Below, in pieces: positions 17,816-25,805 of a stretch of 32,000 nucleotides of DNA (the stretch's first letter is position 1; each line of letters opens with the position of its first letter). The stretch is from an uncultured archaeon (GTDB lineage: Archaea > Asgardarchaeota > Lokiarchaeia > Sigyniarchaeales > Promethearchaeaceae). The translations under genes and the position numbers were made by a program. The notes under the pieces are model-generated. The model saw only the letters and a program-made list of their open reading frames with translations, did no database searches and was not told where the DNA came from. The stretch is taken from the NCBI GenBank assembly GCA_964426185.1, contig CAYRPF010000030.1, positions 2,983 to 34,982 of the forward strand, in the 5' to 3' direction.

Positions 17816-17862
17816 AATACGATAATAACCGAATTAAATCATATCAATACGATAATAACCGA
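17816..17862. repeat. Direct repeat AATACGATAATAACCGA x2 (30-bp period)
   Basis: Exact 17-mers at 17816-17832 and 17846-17862. Confidence 0.9.
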
Positions 17863-17866
17863 CATA

Positions 17867-17893
17867 TTTATATATGCAACACACCTATATAAA
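17867..17893. promoter_or_regulatory. Back-to-back TATA boxes of divergent promoters
   Basis: TATATAAA on the minus strand (17867-17874) and on the plus strand (17886-17893), between divergent regulator genes. Confidence 0.55.
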
Positions 17894-18017
17894 GATAATG
17901 ATTGAGTTGCTTATTAGTAGCTAATTGTTGCTAATAAGATACAAGTTAAAATTATTGATATTTTTGTCTATAATTTTAACATCAACTCATGAATTATTAC
18001 AACAAGTGGATGTCATT

Positions 18018-18263
18018 ATGGTAGATTTAGCAAAATTTGAGGATGGTATGATTTTTAGTCCATTACAAAAAGAATTGTTAGAAGTCTTAGAAAAAAATGG
18101 TCCAATGACCAGAGCTGAATTGGTTAAGCGTGTGAAATCTCCCCGAACAACAATTTATGATAATTTAATGCGCTTAAACAACTATAATTTAATTAAAAAA
18201 TTCTCTCGACCGACCAACTCTCGAGGACGTCCCATGGTATTTTTCAAGTTAGTTGAGGAATAA
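18018..18263 (+). CDS. Small winged-helix transcription regulator (TrmB/ArsR-like N-domain only); likely start ATG 18018
   Basis: LLEVLEKNGPMTRAELVKRVKSPRTTIYDNLMRL..LIKK..RGRPMVFF. Confidence 0.88.
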   Translation: MVDLAKFEDGMIFSPLQKELLEVLEKNGPMTRAELVKRVKSPRTTIYDNLMRLNNYNLIKKFSRPTNSRGRPMVFFKLVEE

Positions 18264-18317
18264 CCTTTTTTTATTTTTAAAATTCTTTATAAAATCTTAT
18301 GTGAATCAGACAGAGAT

Positions 18318-18569
18318 GTGATCATGGGCTACTTAAAATCCTTTCCTGAAAAAAGCAATTTTTCTGAAGAAATTAAAAGCTGCAGAAAAATTATTGAAAA
18401 AGCACCTTACAATTTTTATGACCATTTAATTAAGCCCATGCAGCAATCATTAATTGACAATTATCATTCTCTACGGAAATCTTATATTAAGAAAATAATG
18501 CAAAATGAATTTCGGTTCCACTTGAAAAATAGCTTACCTAAGTATTTTCAAGAAAATAGTTCCCGATAA
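18318..18569 (+). CDS. Doubtful small hypothetical ORF
   Basis: 83 aa, no motif. Confidence 0.25.
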   Translation: MIMGYLKSFPEKSNFSEEIKSCRKIIEKAPYNFYDHLIKPMQQSLIDNYHSLRKSYIKKIMQNEFRFHLKNSLPKYFQENSSR

Positions 18570-18757
18570 TGAGTATGATTTCCATTGGAAAATTTTTTTT
18601 AATTTAATTTTTGCTGAGATTTTATGAATGGGAAGCTAATAATATTTAAAAATAAGAAAGTAAGCTATTAATGGGGATTGAATTTTTCTATTTAATTAAA
18701 TAATAATAAAATATTTTGAACTTTTTTATTTTCCAATGGAAATAGCTCTCTCATTAT
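18566..18757. other. Inverted ORB-like repeats flanking an AT-rich spacer: candidate replication origin (alternatives: MITE or paired operators)
   Basis: ATTTCCATTGGAAAAT (18578-18593) and ATTTTCCAATGGAAAT (18728-18743) form an exact 16-bp IR; outer ATAATGAG/CTCATTAT; spacer has 22 G+C in 134 nt. Confidence 0.5.
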
Positions 18758-18795
18758 TAAAAAGCTGTGTTTAAGGTAAAAATTATTTCTTCAGT

Positions 18796-19116
18796 TTACT
18801 TTTTCGGTTTTAATAAAATTTTGGCTTTTTTTGTTAAATAAAATTGAGTTTTAGAAGAAAAACCTGAACATGCAGAGATAGATCTAAATGGACAACCTTC
18901 ACAACCCATCCCACATTTTAGAAAATCAATATTGTTACTCTCTGATTTAGTAGTAGTTTTAATAAATCCTTGAATAAACAAGAAATCGATTAGTTTCCCT
19001 GCTTGTTCTTGTTTGATTTTAATATTTTTTGCAATAATTATTGGAGAAACAATACCATAATCTTGGATAATCTTGAGGGCAGCAATTTGGTTGGTTTTGT
19101 TTAATACTGTATTCAT
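18796..19116 (-). CDS. FeoC-like winged-helix protein with Cys cluster
   Basis: wHTH pattern with CGMGCEGCPFRSISAC in the wing. Confidence 0.7.
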   Translation of the reverse strand: MNTVLNKTNQIAALKIIQDYGIVSPIIIAKNIKIKQEQAGKLIDFLFIQGFIKTTTKSESNNIDFLKCGMGCEGCPFRSISACSGFSSKTQFYLTKKAKILLKPKK

Positions 19117-20132
19117 TTTTTTACCTTTTTTAGCATTTCGGAAAATTTCATAATATCATTTTGATTTCGAAATTGTTTGGCTGCATTTATTCGTTTCTTA
19201 ATTATTTTTTGCAGTTTAATGATTATTTTTAATTTTTCTGTTTGATATTGATTTCCAGATTGAGAAAATTCTTTCTTAAATTCTTGTAATTTGTCTTGTA
19301 ATTCCTTAATTTCCTGAACATCTTTCCCTCGCTTAGCATTGTATTTTTGCTTTCTGGTTTTTTTTTGTAAGATCATTGCAGCAGAAATATATTCTCTGTT
19401 TTTAATTTTCTTAGCAATTTTAAGAAGTTTTTGGCATTTTTTTTCAATTCTTTCGATATATTTTAAAACTTGTTCATTTTCTTCTTCTTTTAACATTTTT
19501 TCCATTTGTTCTTGAATTTGTATGATATTTTTTCTTAATTTTGAAAAGCTATCAGTTTGTAAATTAATCAGTTGCTCAAATTCTGCAAGTTGATTGATTT
19601 CTTTCCTTTCTTTTTTCAAAACTTTGTAATAGCGGTAGGTCAATAAAGATAACGTTATTAATGATATAATATTTAGTAGAAAGAATGTATTGCTATTATA
19701 ATAGAATCGCCATGATGAAACTAATATTATTTGAAAAGCCAAATCAGCAATGATAAAAATCCCGAATTGTTGATATGTAAGAAGTATATTGGATACCTTT
19801 TTGTCAAAGAGTTTTAGAATTTCTTCAGGATAAAATAAAATAATCCCAATCGAAATGATAATCCCGAGTTGATAAATAGTTAGAATTATGTAATTTACTA
19901 AAATCTGAGGAATTTTGAATAATAATGAATTAAAAATTAGAAAGATGATAGTAATAATTGGAATACTAATAATTATGTTAAATTGTCGCTTGTAATCTTC
20001 GTCCTCAAAAACCTCATCTTTTTTCCGTTTGATAAGGTTAATAATACCAGAAATAATAGCATATAAAAATAAGAATATAAAATTAAAACCCCAAAAAAGC
20101 GCAATAAATGCGTGAATTCTTTTTTTTTTCAT
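19113..20132 (-). CDS. Membrane protein (~5 TM) with Lys/Glu-rich coiled-coil C-terminus
   Basis: Hydrophobic N-half, charged helical C-half; ATGA overlap with the downstream gene. Confidence 0.75.
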   Translation of the reverse strand: MKKKRIHAFIALFWGFNFIFLFLYAIISGIINLIKRKKDEVFEDEDYKRQFNIIISIPIITIIFLIFNSLLFKIPQILVNYIILTIYQLGIIISIGIILFYPEEILKLFDKKVSNILLTYQQFGIFIIADLAFQIILVSSWRFYYNSNTFFLLNIISLITLSLLTYRYYKVLKKERKEINQLAEFEQLINLQTDSFSKLRKNIIQIQEQMEKMLKEEENEQVLKYIERIEKKCQKLLKIAKKIKNREYISAAMILQKKTRKQKYNAKRGKDVQEIKELQDKLQEFKKEFSQSGNQYQTEKLKIIIKLQKIIKKRINAAKQFRNQNDIMKFSEMLKKVKK

Positions 20133-20239
20133 TATAAATCAACTTAAATAACTTAAAGGTGATAATCCAATTAAATTCATCCACATCCAAGAAAGCAAAG
20201 CAAGAACTTATAAGTACTTGGGATACCACATTTTATACA

Positions 20240-22609
20240 ATGAGTTTAACTACATCGGACGAACTTCAAAAACAGCTGACTGTAATATTTGGATATACAG
20301 GTTTTCAGCAGATTGAGGCTGGAGAAATTAGAGGGATAGGAAAACTTTCCCGTCATCATTCTATTGGATTAATAAAAAACATTTTAGAATTTTTGAGCGG
20401 ATTTAATGGAATGTTGCAAGAATTTGCAGGCTGTGAATTATTTTCCATAGAGTTTGAACTGTTAACTAATCAGCAACAAGCTAAAACTCGACTTTTACCC
20501 AAGTCTATGTTGTTTATTCCTGGATTCTATAAAGAAACAGTTTCCTTATTATTATTATTAGCTCCTCAATTAAGTTTATTAGATAATCAAAAACCAAAAA
20601 AAAGTATTAACCAAATCAGCCAACTACTTCATGAAATAGAAGAAGCGGTTGATATTCCTGAATTAAACCTAGAAAAACGACGATATATCATTCAAAAATT
20701 CTCTAGTCGATTTACTTCTAAAATTCAAGCAGAAGCAATAGAAGCAAATTGGAATAGAAAAATGGTAGGATTGAAAGAAGAAGAAAAAATAACCCCATAT
20801 TTAAATATGAACTTAGAATTTATTCGTAATTGGAAAGAAAAAAAAGTGGAAATTCTTAACCCTAGATTTGGGTATCCTCGACTACGGTTATCCGAAAATC
20901 AGAAAGATGAATTCTCTAAATATTCTATTAATTCTAGTATTGCATATATTATAGCCCAACAATCATTTCTTCTCGGACACGATCTTCTTAGTGCAGCTAA
21001 CACAGGAACCACAGATGATACACAAAAACAAATCCTTACGCTTATATTAAATATCTTTTTGAAAAACATTGAGAAACCTGATAAAATGGTTGATTTAGAT
21101 TTATTCATTCACTTATGGGACAAATACCTAAAGAAAATCGAAGAATGGAAAGATATTTTTAGAGATAGATACCAAAAATATATTTCCTTAATAGTAAACA
21201 AATCTTTTGACGAAATTGAAAGCGATTACAATCGACGAAATAAATTTCTTGAGACTAATTTGCCCATAGATCTATTTATAAATAAAATGGGTAAAATCGT
21301 AATTCAAAATATAAAGGATAATCGTTATGATATTAAATCTTATCAAAAATTACGTTTAGGAGATTTCCAAGCACCATTTTTAGTAATATTGGAAAATCTG
21401 AATATTGTAATTAATAAAATAAAAAAAACCTACAAAGAATACATTCAAATATATTATTTTGATGAAATGGTTAATCGCTTAATGGAGGAATTAGAAAAAA
21501 ATCTTTTATCTATAAAAAATGAATCAACGATATATATTGGAAAAAAAATTTTAGTGTATCTGAAAAATTATTTGCATATTCAATTTGGTTTAAAATTCAG
21601 ACTTATTTCCGTGCGAAGTCAAGCCCATCTTTTGTTAGAATTTAAAAGACTTCTTAAGGATATGATTGAACCATTCATTCAAACATTTTCCATTAATATC
21701 AAAGATCTATTAGACTATTGTGAATTTTGTTTTAAATCAAATCCTGAATATAAATTATATATAACAAAATTGCATTCGTTTCAAGAAGAAATTGAGTTTA
21801 TATGGGGTTTTATTCTGCGGAATTCTACTTTACAGAGATTTTTAAAAAAATTTCCTAATGATAAGGATTTTACTCCCCAAAACTTCGGAGAGGAATTTAT
21901 TCAGTTTTTGACTAAACATAGAACAATTATCTATAATTTACAATGGCGTGAAGTATTTTTCACATATATCCGTGATTTTGTGATTCGATACCAAAATGAA
22001 TATGAAATTTCTCTTGGAAATGGGGAAAAATGGCCAAAAAACAAAATTTTATCTATGTTTATGGAATATATCAGCAATAGAGTAAAAAAAGATACAAGTA
22101 TTGATGGATTTATCGAGCCTATGAAAAATTATATTGACAAAATTGCTCTCTCAAATGTTCAATATAAGAATTTAGTTGAAATATATCATAAATATATCGA
22201 AGGCTTAGAAATTGTGAATGAATTCCCAGATTTTCTACGTCAAATTTTTTATATTTCCATTGAATCATTTATTAAATTTTCTTATTCATATCCTATTAAG
22301 AAAATCATTGGACCATTGCGATCAACAGAAGAAATATTGACTTATGATCTTCAGGACATGAAAGAAGATTTTAGAAAGGAGAAATCATTTTATGGCTTTA
22401 TAGTTGAAGAAGAGATGAAATATTTCAGCTCCTTGCTGGCTTTTCCAAAGACTCTTCTTCTTAAATCTAGTGAACCTATTGCTTCATCTAATCTAAAAAT
22501 TGATCATATCATCGATTTTCAAATTTTAAAGGAGAAATTTATCAAAGTATCAATTTCAACTAATTTTGATAAAATTTCACCCTTCCTTGGAGGTGAAAAA
22601 AATGTCTGA
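20240..22609 (+). CDS. Large hypothetical protein (alpha/beta N-terminus, long helical body); likely start ATG 20240
   Basis: ~790-aa uninterrupted ORF; no recognised motif. Confidence 0.85.
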   Translation: MSLTTSDELQKQLTVIFGYTGFQQIEAGEIRGIGKLSRHHSIGLIKNILEFLSGFNGMLQEFAGCELFSIEFELLTNQQQAKTRLLPKSMLFIPGFYKETVSLLLLLAPQLSLLDNQKPKKSINQISQLLHEIEEAVDIPELNLEKRRYIIQKFSSRFTSKIQAEAIEANWNRKMVGLKEEEKITPYLNMNLEFIRNWKEKKVEILNPRFGYPRLRLSENQKDEFSKYSINSSIAYIIAQQSFLLGHDLLSAANTGTTDDTQKQILTLILNIFLKNIEKPDKMVDLDLFIHLWDKYLKKIEEWKDIFRDRYQKYISLIVNKSFDEIESDYNRRNKFLETNLPIDLFINKMGKIVIQNIKDNRYDIKSYQKLRLGDFQAPFLVILENLNIVINKIKKTYKEYIQIYYFDEMVNRLMEELEKNLLSIKNESTIYIGKKILVYLKNYLHIQFGLKFRLISVRSQAHLLLEFKRLLKDMIEPFIQTFSINIKDLLDYCEFCFKSNPEYKLYITKLHSFQEEIEFIWGFILRNSTLQRFLKKFPNDKDFTPQNFGEEFIQFLTKHRTIIYNLQWREVFFTYIRDFVIRYQNEYEISLGNGEKWPKNKILSMFMEYISNRVKKDTSIDGFIEPMKNYIDKIALSNVQYKNLVEIYHKYIEGLEIVNEFPDFLRQIFYISIESFIKFSYSYPIKKIIGPLRSTEEILTYDLQDMKEDFRKEKSFYGFIVEEEMKYFSSLLAFPKTLLLKSSEPIASSNLKIDHIIDFQILKEKFIKVSISTNFDKISPFLGGEKNV

Positions 22610-25049
22610 TAGATCAGTAATTATTCCTTCTTCGACAGCAGAGGAAAGTGCTCAAAAATATTTTCAAACTATTCAATTGTTATTAACTAGGTTTAAAAGA
22701 TCGTCAAATAGACATGAAATCTACAAGTTAACCGGTGAGAGGACTACATTATCAAACTTATTAGCTGGTGCTTGTGCGATACAATGTTTTCATTATCTTG
22801 GAATTCGAACACAATCCAAAGAAACAATGATCTCGCGAGAATCTCAAGAAAATCTCCAAGAAATTCAAGAAAAACAAGAATTATTTCATGAAATCTCTCT
22901 CTTATTCAACAATATGCTTGATAACGAATTAAACATTCTTCTATCTTTTAGCAATTTTGAATCTCAAATTCTTGAAAACCTACTAAATCAAGCTGGATTG
23001 CTTGATTACAAAATAAATTCTCATGAACGCGAACATGCCAGAGATTTTCTTTTTGAAACCCTCCAAATATATCCAGATATTATCTGGTTAGATATAATTG
23101 GAAAATATCTAGGCTTAACTACCACAATTAGAGTATCTATTTCACAAACAAGAGCCAAAATTAGACCCACTTCCATAGATTTGGAGAAAGAATTGATAAG
23201 TGAAACGGGACATGATAAATATATTGAGTTATCTACTGTTCAAATTCTTTATCATCGATTATTGAAAAATTATAATCTAAAATCTTTAAAAGAAATACGA
23301 TTAAATCCAACTCTTTTAGAAAAAATTTTGACTGATATTCTAAAATTTCAAAAAGCTAACTTACCAGATACTAAAGAAGAACTTTACCAATATTTGATTG
23401 GTCTTAGATTTAGAATTGCATTTTTCAAGAAATTACAACAAGCTAACTCAACAAAAATTAAATTCGAAAGGTTAGAAAAAACACTCATAGAATGGATTAT
23501 TCAGCAGTTAAAGGAAAAAGCAGTAAACAATATAGATAATTTTAGAATTTTTCTTGAAAAAATCTTGGAATTCAATCCTACACAATTAAAATCTCTCTTT
23601 TCTCAATATGGATTTAATGATTATCGCTTTTTTGGAGAAATCCAAACAATTAACGTCCAAGAATTTTTACAAGCCGCTTCTTTGAATCAGCTTACTAAGG
23701 AAGATTTTCTTCAATTTAATAAATATGTAGAAATTCTTGATAAAATACAAAAATTAGTGGATGAGATTCATCAAAAAAACCAACTTAAAGGAACTAAATC
23801 AATTACCAAAATATTACAGGAAAATGACGAATTTGAGTTAGGAATTTTGCAACAAGCTTGTGATTTCATAAATATTGATTTAAATTATCTGAAATCTATT
23901 TTTCTGAAAAAATTGATTATTTCTTCATCGATTCAGCCGAAATTTCCATTAAGTGGAGAAATTGAAAATTATGCACTTCTATTTGATATCGACCATATAA
24001 ATTACCAGATCGCTGAAGATGTTTTCTTCAATTTATTTTCTAACATAATTATACAAATCGCTAGGATTTATGAAACTTATGTTAAAGTAAAGAAAGATAA
24101 AAGTATAATTCTATTAGGGCTTAAACGAATCTTTGATTCAACTGAAGAAGAAGATTGGATAAGAGTTAAAATTGAAGAACTAATTATTCAGCGTTTGATG
24201 CACCGACAGGAAGAATTGACTTTTATTTTTGATGCTCAAAATGATTGTTTTTTTGTCAATGCCTTTATTTTAGCGCGTTTTTTTGATTCAACTTTACAAC
24301 GTGAACTAAAATCACTTAGTGAAGAACCCGCATTTTTCTATTCAGAAGTTGGGCAAATTCCATTGAAAAAAGCGCTCTTTTCCCCACATTCTTATGTAAT
24401 TGCTTATGAAATCTTAGAACGCTTTAAATCTTCACGAATTTCAATCCGAAAAGAACGGGAAGAAATTTTGGAAAAAAAGAAGAAAAAAGATAAGAAAAAG
24501 AGAGAGAAAATCAGTAGTGAACAGCAATTAAACACTTTCAACTGGATTGAGAAAAAAATCACCAGTGCTTTAATCTCAGTTTCAGCAGTGTCTGTAAATC
24601 CTACATCCATTTATTGGACAGAGAAAGACAATCGACTCTCGCTAGAGAGTTTATTAATACATGCAAAATTAACTCACCGGAAAATTTGCAGTGAATGCGG
24701 AAAAGATACAACCACAAGTCTGTGCGAAGACCATCCGTCAAGTAGTATTGATGCAACTCCAATGGATTTAGTTTCTCAATATTATCATTTTGCTATTTCA
24801 AGAATTAAAGAATTATATCCATCCATGAAATATCCAAAATATGCAGAAATTTTCAAACAAGTGCAAGAGATGATGAATCAAACCATGTCTGCAAGGCTAA
24901 ATCAACAAATTACCAGAGAATTATCAACAAGTGTACTTGATGGTGAATTGCGAGATGTAGCCGCTCAAATTGTTAAAAAAATTGGTAAAATTCTCGATAA
25001 AGCAATTTATAAGAAATTTAAAGAAAACCTTCGTAAAAAACGCACTTGA
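22602..25049 (+). CDS. Large helical hypothetical protein with poly-Lys tract and CxxC-x8-CxxH zinc finger; start ATG 22602
   Basis: SD GGAGGTGA at 22589-22596; 8-nt overlap with the upstream gene; CSECGKDTTTSLCEDH. Confidence 0.85.
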   Translation: MSDRSVIIPSSTAEESAQKYFQTIQLLLTRFKRSSNRHEIYKLTGERTTLSNLLAGACAIQCFHYLGIRTQSKETMISRESQENLQEIQEKQELFHEISLLFNNMLDNELNILLSFSNFESQILENLLNQAGLLDYKINSHEREHARDFLFETLQIYPDIIWLDIIGKYLGLTTTIRVSISQTRAKIRPTSIDLEKELISETGHDKYIELSTVQILYHRLLKNYNLKSLKEIRLNPTLLEKILTDILKFQKANLPDTKEELYQYLIGLRFRIAFFKKLQQANSTKIKFERLEKTLIEWIIQQLKEKAVNNIDNFRIFLEKILEFNPTQLKSLFSQYGFNDYRFFGEIQTINVQEFLQAASLNQLTKEDFLQFNKYVEILDKIQKLVDEIHQKNQLKGTKSITKILQENDEFELGILQQACDFINIDLNYLKSIFLKKLIISSSIQPKFPLSGEIENYALLFDIDHINYQIAEDVFFNLFSNIIIQIARIYETYVKVKKDKSIILLGLKRIFDSTEEEDWIRVKIEELIIQRLMHRQEELTFIFDAQNDCFFVNAFILARFFDSTLQRELKSLSEEPAFFYSEVGQIPLKKALFSPHSYVIAYEILERFKSSRISIRKEREEILEKKKKKDKKKREKISSEQQLNTFNWIEKKITSALISVSAVSVNPTSIYWTEKDNRLSLESLLIHAKLTHRKICSECGKDTTTSLCEDHPSSSIDATPMDLVSQYYHFAISRIKELYPSMKYPKYAEIFKQVQEMMNQTMSARLNQQITRELSTSVLDGELRDVAAQIVKKIGKILDKAIYKKFKENLRKKRT

Positions 25050-25088
25050 TTTTTCTATTTATTATTTTTTCGTTTTTATTCAAATTTT

Positions 25089-25703
25089 TCAATGTTTCTG
25101 AAATTTTGGAATAAACATTCCAACATTTTCTTGATACTTCTTAAATTTTTGACCAAAAATTAGAATTAATCGTTCTTCTTCATATTTAGCTATTTTATAA
25201 TAGGGATAGATACCAGTTACTAAAGATACAAGCCATAGATTTAATGTAATTAATGGTAATCCCACAAATCCTGTGATATAAAGAAAATATTCGGGATGTC
25301 GAATAATATTATAACCCCAAGTAGTTATTAATTTAGGAGAATCGTAATTTAAATATAAACCACGCGCTAAACGGCCAGAAGCAGCCAATATTAATCCTAT
25401 AGTCATCAATATCATTCCAAAAATGCGAATTATATCAAAGATAAAGCTGTTTTGTGAAAAAGTTGAATAGATATTAGTATGCTTTATCAAAGCAATAATT
25501 GGAGTGATATAGATATAAAAAATAAATATAAAGGATGCAAAAATATAGAAAAAACCCTCCCAAATTTTTTCAAAAGGTGGACCAGGATAATGAATTCGCT
25601 TTTTTCGACAAAGCATTATAATATCCAAAGGGAAATGAGATAAAATATAAACACCATCATATGAAATTAAAAACACCGTAATTATCTTCCACCATAAAAC
25701 CAT
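25089..25703 (-). CDS. Isoprenylcysteine carboxyl methyltransferase / PEMT family membrane protein
   Basis: LITTWGYNIIRHPEY and EEERL..FG..FKKYQENVGMFIP motifs. Confidence 0.88.
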   Translation of the reverse strand: MVLWWKIITVFLISYDGVYILSHFPLDIIMLCRKKRIHYPGPPFEKIWEGFFYIFASFIFIFYIYITPIIALIKHTNIYSTFSQNSFIFDIIRIFGMILMTIGLILAASGRLARGLYLNYDSPKLITTWGYNIIRHPEYFLYITGFVGLPLITLNLWLVSLVTGIYPYYKIAKYEEERLILIFGQKFKKYQENVGMFIPKFQKH

Positions 25704-25805
25704 ATAACATCTATCGACTTTGAAGTTAAAAATTCATCTATAAAGGGGCTGCAGAACTTCAACCTTTAACCTTCAGTAACTAATAGTATTTATTGGTGTT
25801 GAAAT

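Noticed and set aside
17925-18017. N-terminal extension of the wHTH ORF from TTG 17925
   Set aside because: It overlaps the operator palindromes just downstream of the TATA box; ATG 18018 gives a compact domain
25715-25770. Short inverted repeats (TTGAAGTT/AACTTCAA) in the divergent ICMT-protease gap
   Set aside because: 8 bp with a long spacer and no second copy; not distinguishable from chance
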